The notes beneath the pieces are model-generated. The model was not told the DNA's origin, did no database searches, and saw only the letters and a list, made by a program, of their open reading frames with translations. A program made the position numbers and the translations under genes. From Chiloscyllium plagiosum (lineage: Eukaryota), in the NCBI RefSeq assembly GCF_004010195.1, contig NC_057751.1:4301137-4365136 (forward strand): DNA of 64,000 bases, given 5' to 3'. The stretch's first letter is position 1. Every line of letters starts with the position of its first letter. This document shows, one piece after another, positions 1 through 14,000 of this stretch.

Positions 1-79
1 CACTGATCAGTGACTGTCTGTAATCCCTCCTCGCTCCCCATGCTTCGGGCATCGCTAATTGTTGTCTTTTCCCATGCAG

Positions 80-143
80 CTGCCTCCCTGGGTCTGGTTC
101 TAAATGGAGTGATCACAAACACTTTGAAACTTGTGATTGGAAG
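80..143 (+). CDS. PLPP5: PLPP5 internal exon ([22 protein letters not shown])
   Basis: tgcag| acceptor and |gtaagt donor; first part of the C1 motif. Confidence 0.9.
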
Positions 144-3100
144 GTAAGTCAGGACACACGTGACATTTTCCTGCAGCGATAGTGCAGGGGGTTATGTCCC
201 ACTGGACGGCCTGAGCATCCGAGCAGGGTCTGGACCTGAAAGCTGAAGATGTAATTCATCGTCTGGGGATTTCAAAACCCTGTGTGTTGCATCTCGGCTC
301 ACCCCCAGTGATAGCTCTGAAACCGTTCACCCTTAACGTGGTGATTCAGCACCTCAACTTGAACAAGTCATCAGCACATGGGCTTTGGAGTTGTCCAGGG
401 GTTGGACCTTGACACACATTGGGTTATCTCCAGAAAGGCACATTGGGGACTAACTGTGTTCTGGTACAGAATGGCTGACCACAGTGCTGTGACAGAGCAT
501 CATTCGACGCCTGGTCATGCCAGTTATTCTCTGAATGACTCCCAGCACCTTATCCTCAGCAGCGACCAGGTCATGGCTAATCTCCCCAACCTTTAAAGAG
601 CAGTAGACATCCACCAAAACACTTGGATCCCTTTGTCCCACAGGGCTGTGCAGTGTTTACTCAGACTGACAGGGACAAAGTTGCACTTGTTACTAGTTGC
701 ATTTATGACAACATTTAAAAGGCATCTGAATGGGTATATGAATAGGAAGGGTTTGGAGGGATGTGGGCCGGATGCCGGCAGGTGGGACTAGATTGGGTTG
801 GGATATCTGTCGGCATGGGCCGAAGGGTCTGTTTCCGTGCTGTACATCTCTCTGACCAGTGTTGATGCTGGCTTTGATTTCCTTCTGTTGCAACTTTGGG
901 AATGTATCTGTGGTGTTTGGTTCTCTGTGTATTTTGGACAGTGAGGGAGACTGTTGTGACTACTCTCTGGCAAATGCGGTTTGACCAGAATTGCTGCTGG
1001 GATTGTCAGTGGGTGCCTCCCATTTGTCTTGGATCTCTCACCGTCGAAATGATTTGACAGAGAAGGTGGTAGCTGGGCAGGGCTGACACATGGGCCATGC
1101 GCTGTGAAAGTTCAAGCTGGTGACTGTGTCCTCTGCTCTGCAGGCCACGTCCGGATTATTTTTACCGCTGCTTCCCGGATGGAGTGGTAACGGAGGACAT
1201 GCAATGTACCGGTGACCCCGGCTCCATCATGGAGGGCCGGAAGAGCTTTCCCAGTGGTCACTCCTCCTGTAAGTACAACTGACCACACGTCCATTAGGTA
1301 ACCGCGGAGACACATCCACGATATCCCCGCCCGCCTGGATCCTTCATTGTCCTCCTTCATGGGATGTGGGGTTTGCTGGTTACCTGTCCCTAATTGCCCT
1401 GGAGAAGGTGGTGGGGGAGCGCTGACTCCTTAAATCACTTCAGTCCTTCGGGTGGAAGTTGAGCCAGAATGCTATTTGGGAGGGTTTTTGAGGATTTACA
1501 CTCAACAGGATCAAAACAATGCTGATAGCCAGCTCAGGTCTCTCTGCTACTCTTGTCCCTCGAAATCCTCAAAATTGTGGGTTTGGAAGGTGCTGTCTGA
1601 GGATCTTTGGTGAATTAATGCAGTGCATCATGTAGATGGTACACACTGCTGCTACTGAGGGTCGGTGATGTATGGAGTGAACACTTGTGGATGTGGTGCC
1701 ACTCAAGCGGGGGCTGCTTTGTTCTGGATGGTGTTAAGCTGCTTGCGTGTTATTGGAGCTGCCCCCATCCAGGCAAGTGGGGAGTATTCCATCCCACTCC
1801 TGCCTTGTGGATGATGGACAGGCTTTGGGGAGTACTCACTGCAGTATTCTTACCCTCTCACCTGCTCTTAAAGCCACAATATCGAACTTGGAACATGACA
1901 GCGCAGCACAGGCCCTTGGCCCTCGACGTTGTGCCGACCTGTGGAACCAATCTGAAGACCATCTAACCTACACTATTCCATTCTCGTACATATGTTTATT
2001 CAATGAACCATTTAAATGCCCTTAAAGTTGGCGAGCCTACGACTGATGCAGACAGTCCATTCCACGCTCCTACTACTCTCTGATTAAACAGACTACCTCT
2101 GACATCTGTCCTCTATCTATCACCCTCAATTTAAAGCTGTGTCCCCTCGTGCTAGCCATCGCCATCCGAGGAAAAAGGCTCTCCCTGTCCACCCTATCTA
2201 ACCCTCTGATTATCTTATATGAATCAATTAAGTCACCTCTCAACCTTCTTCTCTCCAACGAGAACAGCCTCAAGGCCCTCAGCCTTTCCTCAGAAGACCT
2301 TCCCTCCCAACCAGGCAACATCCCAGTAAATGTCCTCTGAACCCTTTCCAAACCTTCCACATCCATCCAATAATGTGGTGACGAGAACAGTACACAATGC
2401 ACGCAAGTGCGGCCACACCCGAGTTTTGTACTGTTGCAGCATGACTTTGTGGCTCCGAAACTCAATCTCTCTACCAATAAAAGCTAACACACCACACGCC
2501 GCCTTAACCACCTTATCAACCTTGGTGGCACCTGTCAGGATCTATGCACATGGACGCTGAGATCTCTCTGCTCAGCTACACTACCAAGAATCTTATCATT
2601 AGCCCAGTATTCTTTATTCCTGTTACTCCTTCCAAAGTGAATCACTTCACACTTATCCACATTAAACTCCATCTGCTTCCTCTCGGCCCAGCTCTATGCA
2701 GCTTATCTATGTCTCTCTGTAACCTGCAACATCCTTCAGCATTATCCGCAACTCCACCGACCTTCGTGTCATCTGCATATTTATTTCAATGCCCTCATGC
2801 AGGTCACTTATTAAAAATGACAAACAGCAGTGGCCACAAAACAGATCCTTGTGGTGCAGCACTTGTAACTGAGCTCCAGGATAAACATTTCCCATCAACC
2901 ACCACCCTCTGTCTTCTTTCAGCTAGCCAATTTCTGATTCATACCATGAAATCACCCTCAATCCCATGCCTCCGTATTTTGTGCAGTAGCCTACCATGGG
3001 GAACCTTATCAAATGCCTTACTGAAATCCATATACACCACATTTACTGCTTTACCCTCATCCACTTTTTGATCCATCTTAAAGAACTCAATAAGGTTTGT

Positions 3101-6100
3101 GAGGCACGACCTACCCTTCACAAAACCATGTTGACAATCCCTAATCAACTTATTCCTCTCTGAATGATTATAAATCCTATCTCTGACAACCTTTTCCAAC
3201 ACGATACCCACAACCAAAGTAAGGCTCTCTGGTCTGTGATTACCAGGGTTGTCTCTACACCCCTTCTTGAACAAGGGAACAACATTTGCTATCCTCCAGT
3301 CTTCTGGGGCTATTCCTGTCAACAATGATGACACAAATATCAAAGACAAAGGCTCTGCAATCTCCTTCCTGGCTTCCCAGAGCGTCCTAGGATAAATCCC
3401 ATCTGGCCCAGGGGACTTATCTATTTTCACTCTTTCCAGAATTGCGAACACGTCCTCATTGTGAACCTCAATCACACCTAGTCTAGTAGCCTGTATCTCC
3501 GTATTCTCCTTGACAACATTGTCTTTTTCCAGTGTGAGTACTGGCAAAAAATATTCATTTAGCGCTTCCCCATCTCCTCTGACTCCACGCATAACTTCTC
3601 ACTACTATCCTTAATTGGCAGTAATCTTATCTAGTCATTCTTTTATTCTGATATATCTGTAAAATGCTTTAGGGTTTTCCTTGATCCTATCTGCCAATGA
3701 CTTCGCCTGTCCTCTCCTGGCTCTTCTTAGATCTCTCTTTTGGTCTTTCCTGGCTAACGTGTAACTCTCAAGCACCAGAACTGAGCCTTCACGTCTCATC
3801 CAAACATAAACCTCCTTCTTCCTCTTGACAAGAGATTCAACTTCCTTAGTAAACCACGGCTCCCTCACTCGACCACTTCCTCCCTGCCTGGCTGGTACAT
3901 AGTTATCAAGGACCTGCAGTAGCTGTGCCCATCCCCTGCAGTTTCCTTCCCCATCCTATGCATCCTAAATCTTGCCTGAATGCATCATAATTCTCTTTTC
4001 TCCACTTATAACTCTTGCCCTACGGTATACCTTTCCATTGCTAAAGTAAACATTGTGGTCACGATCATCAAAGTGCTCACCCACCTCCAAATCTAACACC
4101 TGGCCTGGTTCTTTCCCCAATACCAAATCCAATGTGGCCTCACCCCTTGTTGGCCTGTCTATATACTGTGTCAAAAAACCCTCCTCCACACATGGGACAA
4201 AAACTGACCCATCTAAAGTACTTGAACTATAGTATTCCCAGTCAATATTTGGAAAGTTAAAGCCCCCACATTAACTAGTCTGTTACTCTCATTTTTATCC
4301 AGAATCATCTTTGCTATCCTTTCCTCAACACCTCTGGAACTATTCAGATGCCGATAGAAAATTACCAACAGGGTGGCCTCTCCTTTCTTGTTTCTAAACT
4401 CAGCTATGCTACCTCAGTAGACGAATCCTCAAACATCCTTTCTGCCACCGTAATACTGTCCTTGACTAACAATGCCACACCTCCCCCACTTTTACCATTT
4501 TCTCTGTCTTTACTGAATCATCTAAACCCCAGAACCTGCAACAACCATTCCTGTCCCTGCTCCATCCATGTCTCCAAAATGAACACAGCATTCGAAGATC
4601 CAGGTACCAACTTATGCTGCAAGTTTATCCACCTTATTCCAGACGTTACAGACACTCTTTAACCCACCTTCCTGCTTGCCAGTGCATTCTTGCAACCTTG
4701 AAACCATATTTCTGACCTCACTGCTCTCAATCTCTTGGACACTGGAACTGCAATTTAGATTCCCAATCCCCTGCTGAATTAGTTTAAACCCTCCCGAACA
4801 GCATTAGCAAATTTCCTCACCTCACAGGATCTTGGTACCCCTCTGGTTCATGTGTAGACCATCCTGCTTGTAGAGGTCTCACCTACCCCAGAATGAGCCC
4901 CAATTATCCAGGTATCGGATACCCTCCCACCTGCACCATCCATGTAGCCACGTGTTCAACTCCTCTCTCTCCCAATTCCTCACCTCGTTAGCACGTGGCA
5001 CGGGCATCAAACCAGAGAGGACAGCTCTGTTTGTTCTAGCTCTAAGCTTCAACCCAACTCCCTGAATTTCTGCCTGAAATCCCCATCCCTTTTCCTACCT
5101 ATGTCGTTAGTGCCGATGTGGACCATGACTTGGGGCTGCTGCCCCTCTCCCGCAAGGATCCCAAAAACACGATCCGAGACATCACGGACCCTGGCACCTG
5201 GTTACGCAACACGCCAACTGTGAGTCTCTCTTGTTCCTACAGAACCTCCTATCTGTCCCCCTAACTATGGTGTCCCCAATGACGAATGCACTGCTCCTCT
5301 CTCCCTTTCCCTTCTGAGCAACAGGGACAGACTCTGTGCCAGAGACCATGGCTTACCCCAGTAAGCCATTCCCCCGCCCCCAACAGTATGCAAAACGGTG
5401 TACTTGTTATTAAGAGGAATGGCCACAGGGATTCCCTGCACTGTCTGCCGGTTCCCTTCCTGTCCCCTGACAGTAACCCATCTGCCTTTTTCTTGCACAT
5501 GAGGTGTGACTGCCTGCCTGTAACTCCTCTCAATAACCCCCTCCACCTCCCGAGTGATCTGAAGTGCATCCAGCTCCAGTTCCCTCATGCAGTTTCCGAG
5601 GAGCTGGATATGGGTTCATGTCCCGCAGGTGAGGTCACCAGGGACACTATGGTGACCCTTAGCTCCCACATTGTACAGGAGGAATATTCAACTGACCAAA
5701 CCTCCATCCCCACTGTTGTAAATTCCCAAAGAGACTGGAGAAAAATAAAGAACCAAAAAAAAGCTAATTACCTTACCAATCTGGTGAATAGAACCTTTTT
5801 TTTATTAGAGCAGGAGGAGGATGGGTGAGAGACACTACTGAAGTAGTGTTTCGGGTAACTGCCCAAATATATCTTGACTTACTCAGTAGTCCCGTGTCCG
5901 CTCCTGCTCAGCGTGCGCTCTGCCTATTCACAAGGGAAGCTTTGAAATCAGTGCTTCTCTTTCCCATCACCCCCTGGTTGATGCTCCTGCTCTTCCTGCT
6001 GCTGAAACAAGATAGTTAGAATGCCAGCGCAGTTCAGATTCTGTCCTGATGAGCCATGAATTGATGATTGGTTTCAATAACAGACCCCAGGACGCAGATA

Positions 6101-9100
6101 TGATTGAGGGAAGGAAATGCCAATGAACAGTGAGGGGAGATGGTCAGACATCTCACTTGTGGAAGTTATTTGCTCACTCCCTCCCCCAGCTGATGGATGG
6201 TCGAGTGTACTGACCTGAAGTTCACTGTGTATCGGTTGGTGAAGGTCACCTTGTGTCAGTCTGTGGCACCAATGGAAGATGGAATGCATTATTCAGCTCG
6301 AGCTCAGGCTGTTTGTCACTCACTCTCCCGAGATGCTGACCACACTGGGCAGTTCCTGTAACCCAGGCACTTGCAGTGATGATGCAGATGAGCAGCCTCT
6401 CACTGAGCATGGTGTCTGACACCAGAGCAGAAAAGGCAGGAACAGGCCCTTCAACCCCTCCAGCCCTGCTCTGCCATTCCGTATGGTCATGGCTGATCAG
6501 ATAGTCACCTTGAATCCCTAGCCCCTCTCTTCCTCCCGATAAGCTTTCAGCTGTCAGTTTGGTCAGAGGTGGCTGACACTGGGGTGGTGTGGATTTGGCT
6601 GTGTTGAACTGCTCGCTGAGGAAGCTGTCGCAGTCAGTGTTGTTTGCAGAGGGGTAGTGTTGTTATGCTCTCCACCTGTCCCCTCCTTCCCCCTCCCTCC
6701 CAAGCTGAACCCCCATGAGAGTGAAGGAGGGAGTTTGGCTGTTGAGTCGAGCCTGTGTTTGAGCCGTATCACCCGGTTATTATCGTGGTTCTTGTTCTTG
6801 TTGTTCCCACACAGTTGCGTTTGCCGGGCTGGGCTTCACCACCTTCTACCTGGGAGGGAAGCTGCACTGTTTTTCATCGAGGGGCCGTGGCAAAGGCTGG
6901 AGGCTGTGTGCAACACTGCTGCCCGTCTACATCGCGGCCATGATCGCACTGTCCCGCGCCTGTGATTACAGACACCACTGGCAAGGTAAGAGCCCCGCAC
7001 TGACAGTCCCACCCCTCACTGCACCGTCCCCCAGCCCACTGCGAAGTAGCCATGCTCACACTCTGTCTCTCACATTATTTCTCTCTCTCTTTCACACTCT
7101 GTCCTCTATTGCACACTCTCCCTCTCACGCAATCTTACACTCTCGCTCTCTCTCTCTCTCTCTCTGTCACAGTGTGTTTGGTGCATGCTGTGTCTGGCAT
7201 ATGCTCTCGCCCACGCTTTCTTTCGCGCTTCCCCATACACACTTATGCTCGTGCTCTTGCGTGCTTCCCCCATGCTCTTTCGCAATCGCATACCCCTGTG
7301 CTCTCTTGCTCGAGCTTGCCCACTCTCTCTTGTGCTCCCATGCATGCTCTTGCGCTCCCTCGCATTCCCCCGCGCTCTCTCGCGCTCGCACTTCCTGGCA
7401 CTCTCTCGCGCCCGTGCTGTCTTGCGCTTACGCTCCCCCGCTCTCGCGCTCCCCTGCGGTCCCTTGCTCTCTATCTGTCCCCCGCGCGCTCGCTCTCCCC
7501 CTCCCCGTGCTATCACACTCTCACTCCACACACTCTATCACTCTTTCTCTCCGCTGTCTGACACCCTCTCTCTCCTGCAGTGTCCCTTTGCCGGCTGCGT
7601 ATTCCCAGCTGACAATCCCTCAGCTGCTGCGTTGGGAAAATTCTGACTGGAGCTTGCAGTGGGCAGGAAAGACCTCACGTCCCTTGGAGCTGTTGGTTTC
7701 CTTGTCTGTCTCTACTGGTTGTTGCAGTGACCTGAGCTTGATGAGCACCATTGACCTGCTCAGGCCCTGCTTTCTGAGCAGGATGTCTTGTGGAAATGAG
7801 CTGTTGGAATTCTCCAGTCCATTTTCCCCATCTGTACGCTGACTGAGTGACTGACTGACAGATGGACGCTGGCTGCCACACCCACACAGCTTCCATTTTC
7901 CCTTCCCTCGTTTTTTTATATGTATCTTCTCATGGTGTCTCTCCCAAATCTGACATCGGCTCAACCCTGCAATCCTCTCTGCTCCCCAACTTCCTCCAAC
8001 TCTGGTCTTGTGCACATTCCTGATTTTGAACATAACCCCCTCCTGTGCCGTAAACTGTTTCAGCGCCAGTCTCCTTCCTCGCACACTGCCTCGGTCTCCT
8101 CCTCAAAGATGCAACTGAATACCTCCTCCTGGGACTGGACTTGTTGTCACCCAGTCTCCACACCCTGTGTGGGGCTCGGGGCTGAAATGAGTTTGGATGC
8201 GTACTGGGATGTACGATGATTCTGTCGTCCCAATCTGTGATGAAATTATAGCAGGTGTAGACAGGCAGCAACTGCTCGGTGAAGCTGTGTTTCAGGGAAT
8301 GCTCAGTAGGAGGAAGTGTAACCCAGTGATGGCCCATTGGACTGCGGATCACAAGATCCCTGGTTCCAATCCGTGAGTACCCTTGGACAGGGAATTGTCA
8401 TTCTGGGAATGTGAACCGTGTGTTCTGTCTGACCATGGTTTTTTGGAATTGTACGTGAGGTTTGAAGGTGAGGAAGTGCACTCCAAAGCAAGCAAGGGTG
8501 CTCAATTTGAAGATGGAAAATTCGGAAGGCATTAGGTACAAATTGGACGAGATGGATTGGGGAAATGGATGAAAAGGCATGACCAGACCTCGGCAACTCA
8601 GAGCTACGATCCTTTGAGGAGGTCACCAGGAATGTTGATGAGGATCAGGAATTTGATGTGGCCACTGTGAACATTAGCAAGGCTTGAGAGAAGCTTCCTG
8701 GGTGCAGTCTGGGCAAGACGTGAAAAGGCCATGGGTTCCTTGGCACAGTGAGACCCAGGGAGCAAGGTGACTATCTGTGGAGGATTTTTGTGTGGCTGCA
8801 GTTCCAGCACATGGCTTGCTGCTGGAGTCCCTGCTGTTGGTGGTCTACATTGCTAACTTGGACATAAGCATAGGGAGTGGGCAGAGTGGTAAATAGAGAG
8901 GAGATGGCCGTGTAGGAGGCTATCACACACCAGTCATCTGGACAGACCACAGTGGCAAATGGAATCTAATCCAGGAAAACTGTGAGATGGTTCACTTGGG
9001 CAAGGCAAGGGGTTACAGTGTGAAAGGTAGGAGCCTGGGATCCAGTGAAATCAGAGGGACATTCCAGTGCATAGCCTCAAGGTAGCAGGGCTGGTCCATG

Positions 9101-10676
9101 TGCTGGTGGACAGCATGTAAGATACTTCACTTTTGTTAGCCAAGGTACAGAACACACAAGCACAGCAATGTTACTGCAACTGTATGAAATGCTGGCCAGG
9201 TCCCAGGTAGAGCTGCAAATGTGTTGCTGGAAAAGCGCAGCAGGTCAGGCAGCATCCAAGGAGCAGGAGAATCGACATTTCGGGCATGAGCCCTTCTTCA
9301 GGAACATCCTGAAGAAGGGCTCATGCCCGAACCGTCGATTCTCCTGCTCCTTGGATGCTGCCTGACCTGCTGCGCTTTTCCAGTAACACATTTTCAGCTC
9401 TGATCTCCAGCATCTGCAGTCCTCACTTTCTCCTCAGTCCCAGAGAGAGCACTGAGTGCACTTCTGATTATCATATGACAGGAAGGAGGTGGTTACATGA
9501 GAGAAGCTGTGTGGAGGGGACTTAGCCAGATGCTGCTTGGTTTGGCGGGGAGGCTGTTGTCTGCGGAAGATTGGGAGGAGACCTGATGGACATGTCATTG
9601 GAAGTGAAGACGGGCACCAGTCGGGTGGAGAGGAAGGCACTTTTCACAGTGATGAAGCACTGGGGGTGTCCTTCTCAGGGAAGAGGTGGAAGGCTCAGAC
9701 TGGAGTTGAGGAAGAACCTTTTCAGAGAGAGGCTGGGGGAAGGGTAGATCTCCCAGCCTGAGACCTTGCTGTTGTTCCATGAGGCAACTTCTGGGCAGTC
9801 CGTTGGGACGCCAGAACCTCCAGGACAATGTGTGAAAGGCTGCAAACCTAGCCAGAGGGTAGTGTGGGCATGATGGGCTGAATGGTCTCTTGTTAGGGTC
9901 TGTACTTGTAACCATATATACTGTCAAAAAATGATCAGTTCGCTGTGGCTGACAAACAAATGGAAGGGGATGACATCTGATTTTTCAAAGAAGTTAATAA
10001 AGTCGCAAACCCGAGGATTTAAGGACTCAGTCAAGGAGGTCGGAGGATCTGTGAAGGAAAGGGAGAATATTATTTGAAAGCACTCTGGTAAGAAAGATAA
10101 AACTAGAGTGCGAAAGCTTCTATTCCACGGAGTGTTACAGACAGAGTCCACAGGATTCATTGTGAGGAAAAGAAGAGAAGGCAAGTTGGAATGATGAAAG
10201 CACATGGGATTGAAGATCAGATGCTGGTCTAGATTAGTGATTGGTTCACAGACAGTCAGAATAAATGGGGCATTCCCCCTTTGGCAGGCCATGACGAGTA
10301 CGGTGCTTGGGTCTCAGTTGGTACTGCTATTTGTCAATGATCTGGAGATGGGGACCAAATGTTCATCTCCAAATGTCCGGATGGTCCAGATGGAAGTGGG
10401 AATGTGTCCCATGCACTCATGATGGTATTAAAGAGCGGGTAGGACCGACGGGCTGAATGGCCTCCTCCTGCTTGTCCCCCGGGAATAACGTGCGATCCTT
10501 GTCTTGCAGATGTAGTGGCTGGTTCCCTGATTGGATTGACGGTGGCATACACCAGTTACCGGCAGCACTACCCATCCCTGTCTGACCAGGACTGTCACAA
10601 ACCCTATCCGAAGACCAAGCTGTCTACAACTCAGGAGCGGAAACTCTCCAACCCTGCTTTCAAACTGGACGTATAG
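80..10676 (+). CDS. PLPP5: Phospholipid phosphatase 5 (PAP2 family), 3' part of gene. Coding exons 80-143, 1144-1268, 6815-6985, 10510-10676; the 5' exons lie before the window
   Basis: All four exons have AG/GT boundaries and compatible phases. They splice to [35 protein letters not shown]...[18 protein letters not shown]...[23 protein letters not shown]...KLDV*. PAP2 motifs C1 (KxxxxxxRP), C2 (PSGH) and C3 (SRxxxxxHxxxD) are intact. The short C-terminus and linkage to DDHD2 favour PLPP5 over PLPP4. Confidence 0.92.
693..852 (+). mobile_element. CR1-type LINE 3' end fragment
   Basis: acatttaaaaggcatctgaatgggtatatgaataggaaggg... matches the 3' ends at 30690-30945 and 49237-49450. Confidence 0.75.
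1144..1268 (+). CDS. PLPP5: PLPP5 internal exon ([13 protein letters not shown]...SFPSGHSS)
   Basis: ctgcag| acceptor and |gtaagt donor; PSGH motif. Confidence 0.92.
1338..1850 (-). mobile_element. Non-LTR retrotransposon (CR1/L2 superfamily) 3' fragment
   Basis: Reverse-complement homologue of 53930-54460. Confidence 0.6.
1885..6000 (-). mobile_element. Near full-length degenerate CR1-type LINE in a PLPP5 intron, with SGNH-esterase ORF1 and endonuclease/RT ORF2 (ends approximate)
   Basis: RT fragments ([39 protein letters not shown]) at 2939-3592; endonuclease tail ([12 protein letters not shown]) at 3965-4189; ORF1 remnants at about 5150-5590 ([27 protein letters not shown]). Many stops and frameshifts. 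Confidence 0.9.
6815..6985 (+). CDS. PLPP5: PLPP5 internal exon (FAFAGLGF...[11 protein letters not shown])
   Basis: cacag| acceptor and |gtaaga donor; C3 motif. Confidence 0.92.
7050..7575. repeat. Low-complexity (CT/CG/CA)n microsatellite-like tract
   Basis: Degenerate ctctct/cgcgct repeats, which generate the spurious long ORFs here. Confidence 0.85.
8330..9905 (+). mobile_element. Old, highly diverged CR1-type LINE remnant (approximate)
   Basis: Degenerate ORF2 traces (e.g. tggcaaatggaatctaatcc; [10 protein letters not shown]), interrupted by the palindromic element at 9209-9433. Confidence 0.55.
9209..9433 (+). mobile_element. Palindromic Penelope-derived element (inverted pLTR dimer) with two hammerhead-like cores
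   Basis: Arms of about 95 bp (9209-9303 / 9307-9401) plus a ~32-nt extension. Cores CTGAAGA-A-GGGC-tcat-GCCC-GAA(A/C)-(C/T)GTC on both strands. Confidence 0.8.
10510..10676 (+). CDS. PLPP5: PLPP5 last coding exon (DVVAGSLIG...FKLDV*)
   Basis: ttgcag| acceptor; TAG stop at 10674-10676. Confidence 0.9.
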
Positions 10677-10844
10677 AGAGCCAGCGCTTCAGGGATGTGG
10701 ACCAGGAAACATCCAGCCTCTCCTCGCCGTGTAAACTCGCTTCTCCTTTTATTTTTGGGACAGGGTTTGTGGGCGGGGGGGGGGGCAACATTTGCACATA
10801 TTTATAATGGGACCTTGTGCAGCACTGTAACAAGTGCACATATG

Positions 10845-10920
10845 ACTGACACACGCACTTACATGTACACACACGTACACCCGCACGCACACACATACAC
10901 ACATACACGTACACACAATA
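10845..10920. repeat. Imperfect (CA)n microsatellite in the PLPP5 3' UTR
   Basis: acacacgcac...acacacatacac. Confidence 0.7.
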
Positions 10921-11081
10921 TGTGTGCAAAGAAAGGGAATTAAATGGACCAGCAAGACACCAGAGCATTCAGATTTAATTAGTTCATGAAGTTAATGCGA
11001 CTGATTTCCCCCCACCTTTTTTAAAATTTATCAACGCAAATCTTTTATTGTTCAAATTATGCTCGCATCTAAAACTTCACA

Positions 11082-11087
11082 AATAAA
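11082..11087 (+). terminator. Candidate PLPP5 polyadenylation signal (a distal alternative AATAAA lies at 13203-13208)
   Basis: AATAAA about 400 nt after the stop, in AT-rich UTR-like sequence. Confidence 0.45.
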
Positions 11088-14000
11088 ATCCAGATCATTC
11101 CAAGGCAATGCTACATCATGGTTGTAAGAAATAAGTGCATTTCTGAAGGTGCTGAGGGTTTGAGTGCAGGAATGTGCTGAACCGGCATGTTCTGGAGAGT
11201 TAACATCAGTGCCCCATCTGAACATTACACCGTACTGTATTCACTGAGACCAGTGCCTGGTGTTCACTCCCCAGAATAAGAGTGGAGGGATATCCTGTGA
11301 CCACGGGTTCAGGTCTGTGGGTTTAGTCAGAGTTTGTGTCATTCCAGCCTCAGATCCCCATGAGGTGACCCAGTGCATGCCCTGTTCTGCTGAGTCACCC
11401 ACAGACCATGCTGGGAAAGCTGAGCAATTTTCCTCACTGACCCCCACCCTGATCACTCCCTCGTCACTTTGACTGGTGCCCGGAGTTCACTTCCAAGTCA
11501 GTCCAGACAGAAATGCAGTCAGAAACCTTTTTCCAATTTCCCCAAATGAGGTTCACGCAAACATTAAAGCTAGGAGCAGGCCATTAAAACCCTTGAGCAT
11601 GCTCTGCTATTCAACACCATCATGACTGATCTCACCGCTGCCTCAACGTCACATTCCTGACCTTTCAACCCGTTTCAGACTGAAAATCAGTCCGTGTGCT
11701 CCTCCTATTTATTCAGTGTCTTGTTATCCCCCGCCCACTGGGGAAGTGAACTCGGCGGATCGACGGGATATGTAATTTCATCTCATTTCTGCCACCTCTC
11801 ATCCCAAAACTGTGCCCTTTTAGAGGTACAGCTCTCGTGTGAGCCAAACTCACGCACCTACAGCGCCTCACAACGGGTCTGTGCAGCCAATTTTCAAAAG
11901 AATCTGTGCCTGTCACCTGTGGCACTCATTTTCGTGAGACACTTGCTCACCCCGTCACCAAGACATGACATGGGTTATGGAGGTGGGGACAAAACACACT
12001 GCAGTACTGGCTGTGTGACCGTATCAGTGTTGAGACGGTTCTGTCAGGGAGATGGGTGGCAGGCTGCTCCTCAGTTCTGCCAGGCACTTCTCATGCTGCT
12101 TCCTGGGGTAAACCCCAGCTGAAGCTGTCTCCCTCAAGGAACCTGAGGGTTGTTTCTGGGGCTGAACCCAACCATTGCAGCCTTGCTAACCAGAGATGGG
12201 ACCATGCATGCAGAGCCCCTCCCTGGGCTTTCCTTCCTGACCTGGCCACACTGCTGCGTCTGTGGAATTAGCATGGCATTGTGTATTTTGTATAGTGTTT
12301 TGGGGAGTGGGGGGTGGGGGAACAGTTCTTCCTGTGGATGGGGGTGTAGTGTGGTTCCAATGGCCAGAAAGTAGCCTGTTGACATTCGGTGCGCTGCAGG
12401 TCAGTGTGTCTCTGCTGTGCTGTGTCCAGGGAAGGAGTGCCCAATGTACAGCGCAATTTGGGAGGGGGGGATGCTTGGATATGACAGCAAGGTCCAGATG
12501 TATCCAAGCTGAGGACTTGGTTCAGTGCAGTGACCAACAGTCACACAGACATGCACACATCTCTTTCGCAACCCCCCCATCTCCAGTACCCCACAAAGCT
12601 GCAACATTGCACAGAAGGTAACCGCCCAGTATGGGGGGACCTGTTCCTGACCCTCCTGTTGACGGTAGGAGCACGGGTCTTATCAGAGTTGCAGCCTCGT
12701 TTCTCTCCGGCAGATAGGCTACTGCCTACACTATGCACTGAAATTGTTCCCCTCCTCTTTCACCACCTTCATCTCTGGCTACCCATCTGGAAGGTCTCAA
12801 ATAGAGGTCCTGTCCAGCTGCAGGGTACATACTAGGGAGAGCTGTACCATCTTCAGACCTGCTTTGCACAGCAGCTTCTGGTCCCCGTCTCACCTACCCA
12901 GAGAATTTGACACACCACCAACCTTGCTGCTACTTTGAGATTCCAATGGGGTGCAGTCCCACAGGCAGAGGAAGGCTGAAGCAGCACATTGTTGTGCTGT
13001 TGGTGTTTACCTCCCGCCAGCCTCTGCGCTGGGTGGGCTGCAGGAACCAAATATTGTGTTTGTCAGTGATGTCTTGTAGTGTAAATATCCAGGGGCAGAC
13101 TGTAATGTGGTCCAGATCTGTATTATGTCCCACACACCACCTGCAGCAAATAATGTCAAGTCAAGCCTGTGTATTCATGGAAAGTATTCTGTTTTGTGGT
13201 GAAATAAAACAAAGACTGAAGAAGACTAAGGTTCTCTGCGATTTATCAATGAAGGCATTGCACAGTGACACTGGCAACTGTTGATGAGTTACTGTCTGAG
13301 CCCCATGTCCCTCTGACCCTTGAGATGCAGGGCCCTGCATATGTACAGCTCGGATTTATTTCAGTATAGATACTATTCCCTCAGACATGCTCCAGGTTCA
13401 CAGTCCGGGGTGGGTGACAGAGAGAGATCTGTAAGGTCTGAGTGTCGCTGTGGAGACCACAGCAGGCCTTGTGTGTTTTTTTTGTGAGGCACCTTGTTTG
13501 TTGAGTACCACCTGAGACGTTTAAGCAGGTCAGCCTGCGGTGATGCTCCTACTGCAGTACCGGGGGTGTGCTGCACTGTCACCTTGCAGTTCAGACACCG
13601 TACTGAGGCTCCGTTTGTCCAACACTTCACCGGCTCTAAATAAAAACCGAAAGAACTGTGGATGCTGGGAATCAGAAACCCAAAACAGACTCAACAGGTC
13701 GATGGAGAGAAATCTGAATTAACGTTTCACATTCGGTGACCCTTGCACAGTCTGGTGAAGGAGGACTGGTGGAATTGATGTGACGTTCAACAAGTGTTAG
13801 ACAATGGCCTGCCTGTTAATAAGTTAGTGGGAGCTTGATGTGTGGAAATTAGCAGCTGCAAGCCCATTAACTTAGGCTGCACTCCTGAAGAAATCACCAA
13901 GGTGATGCAAGGTGCTCAGTGAATGCAAGTCTTCCTTCCGGATGGTCTTCAGTCTGATTAGCATTCTGTGATGGAATCCCCCGGGGGGGGACAGGGACTG

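Noticed and set aside
6940..7842. 300-aa ORF and overlapping long ORFs
   Set aside because: Only the first 15 codons belong to the PLPP5 exon; the rest is read-through into a CT/CG low-complexity intron tract.
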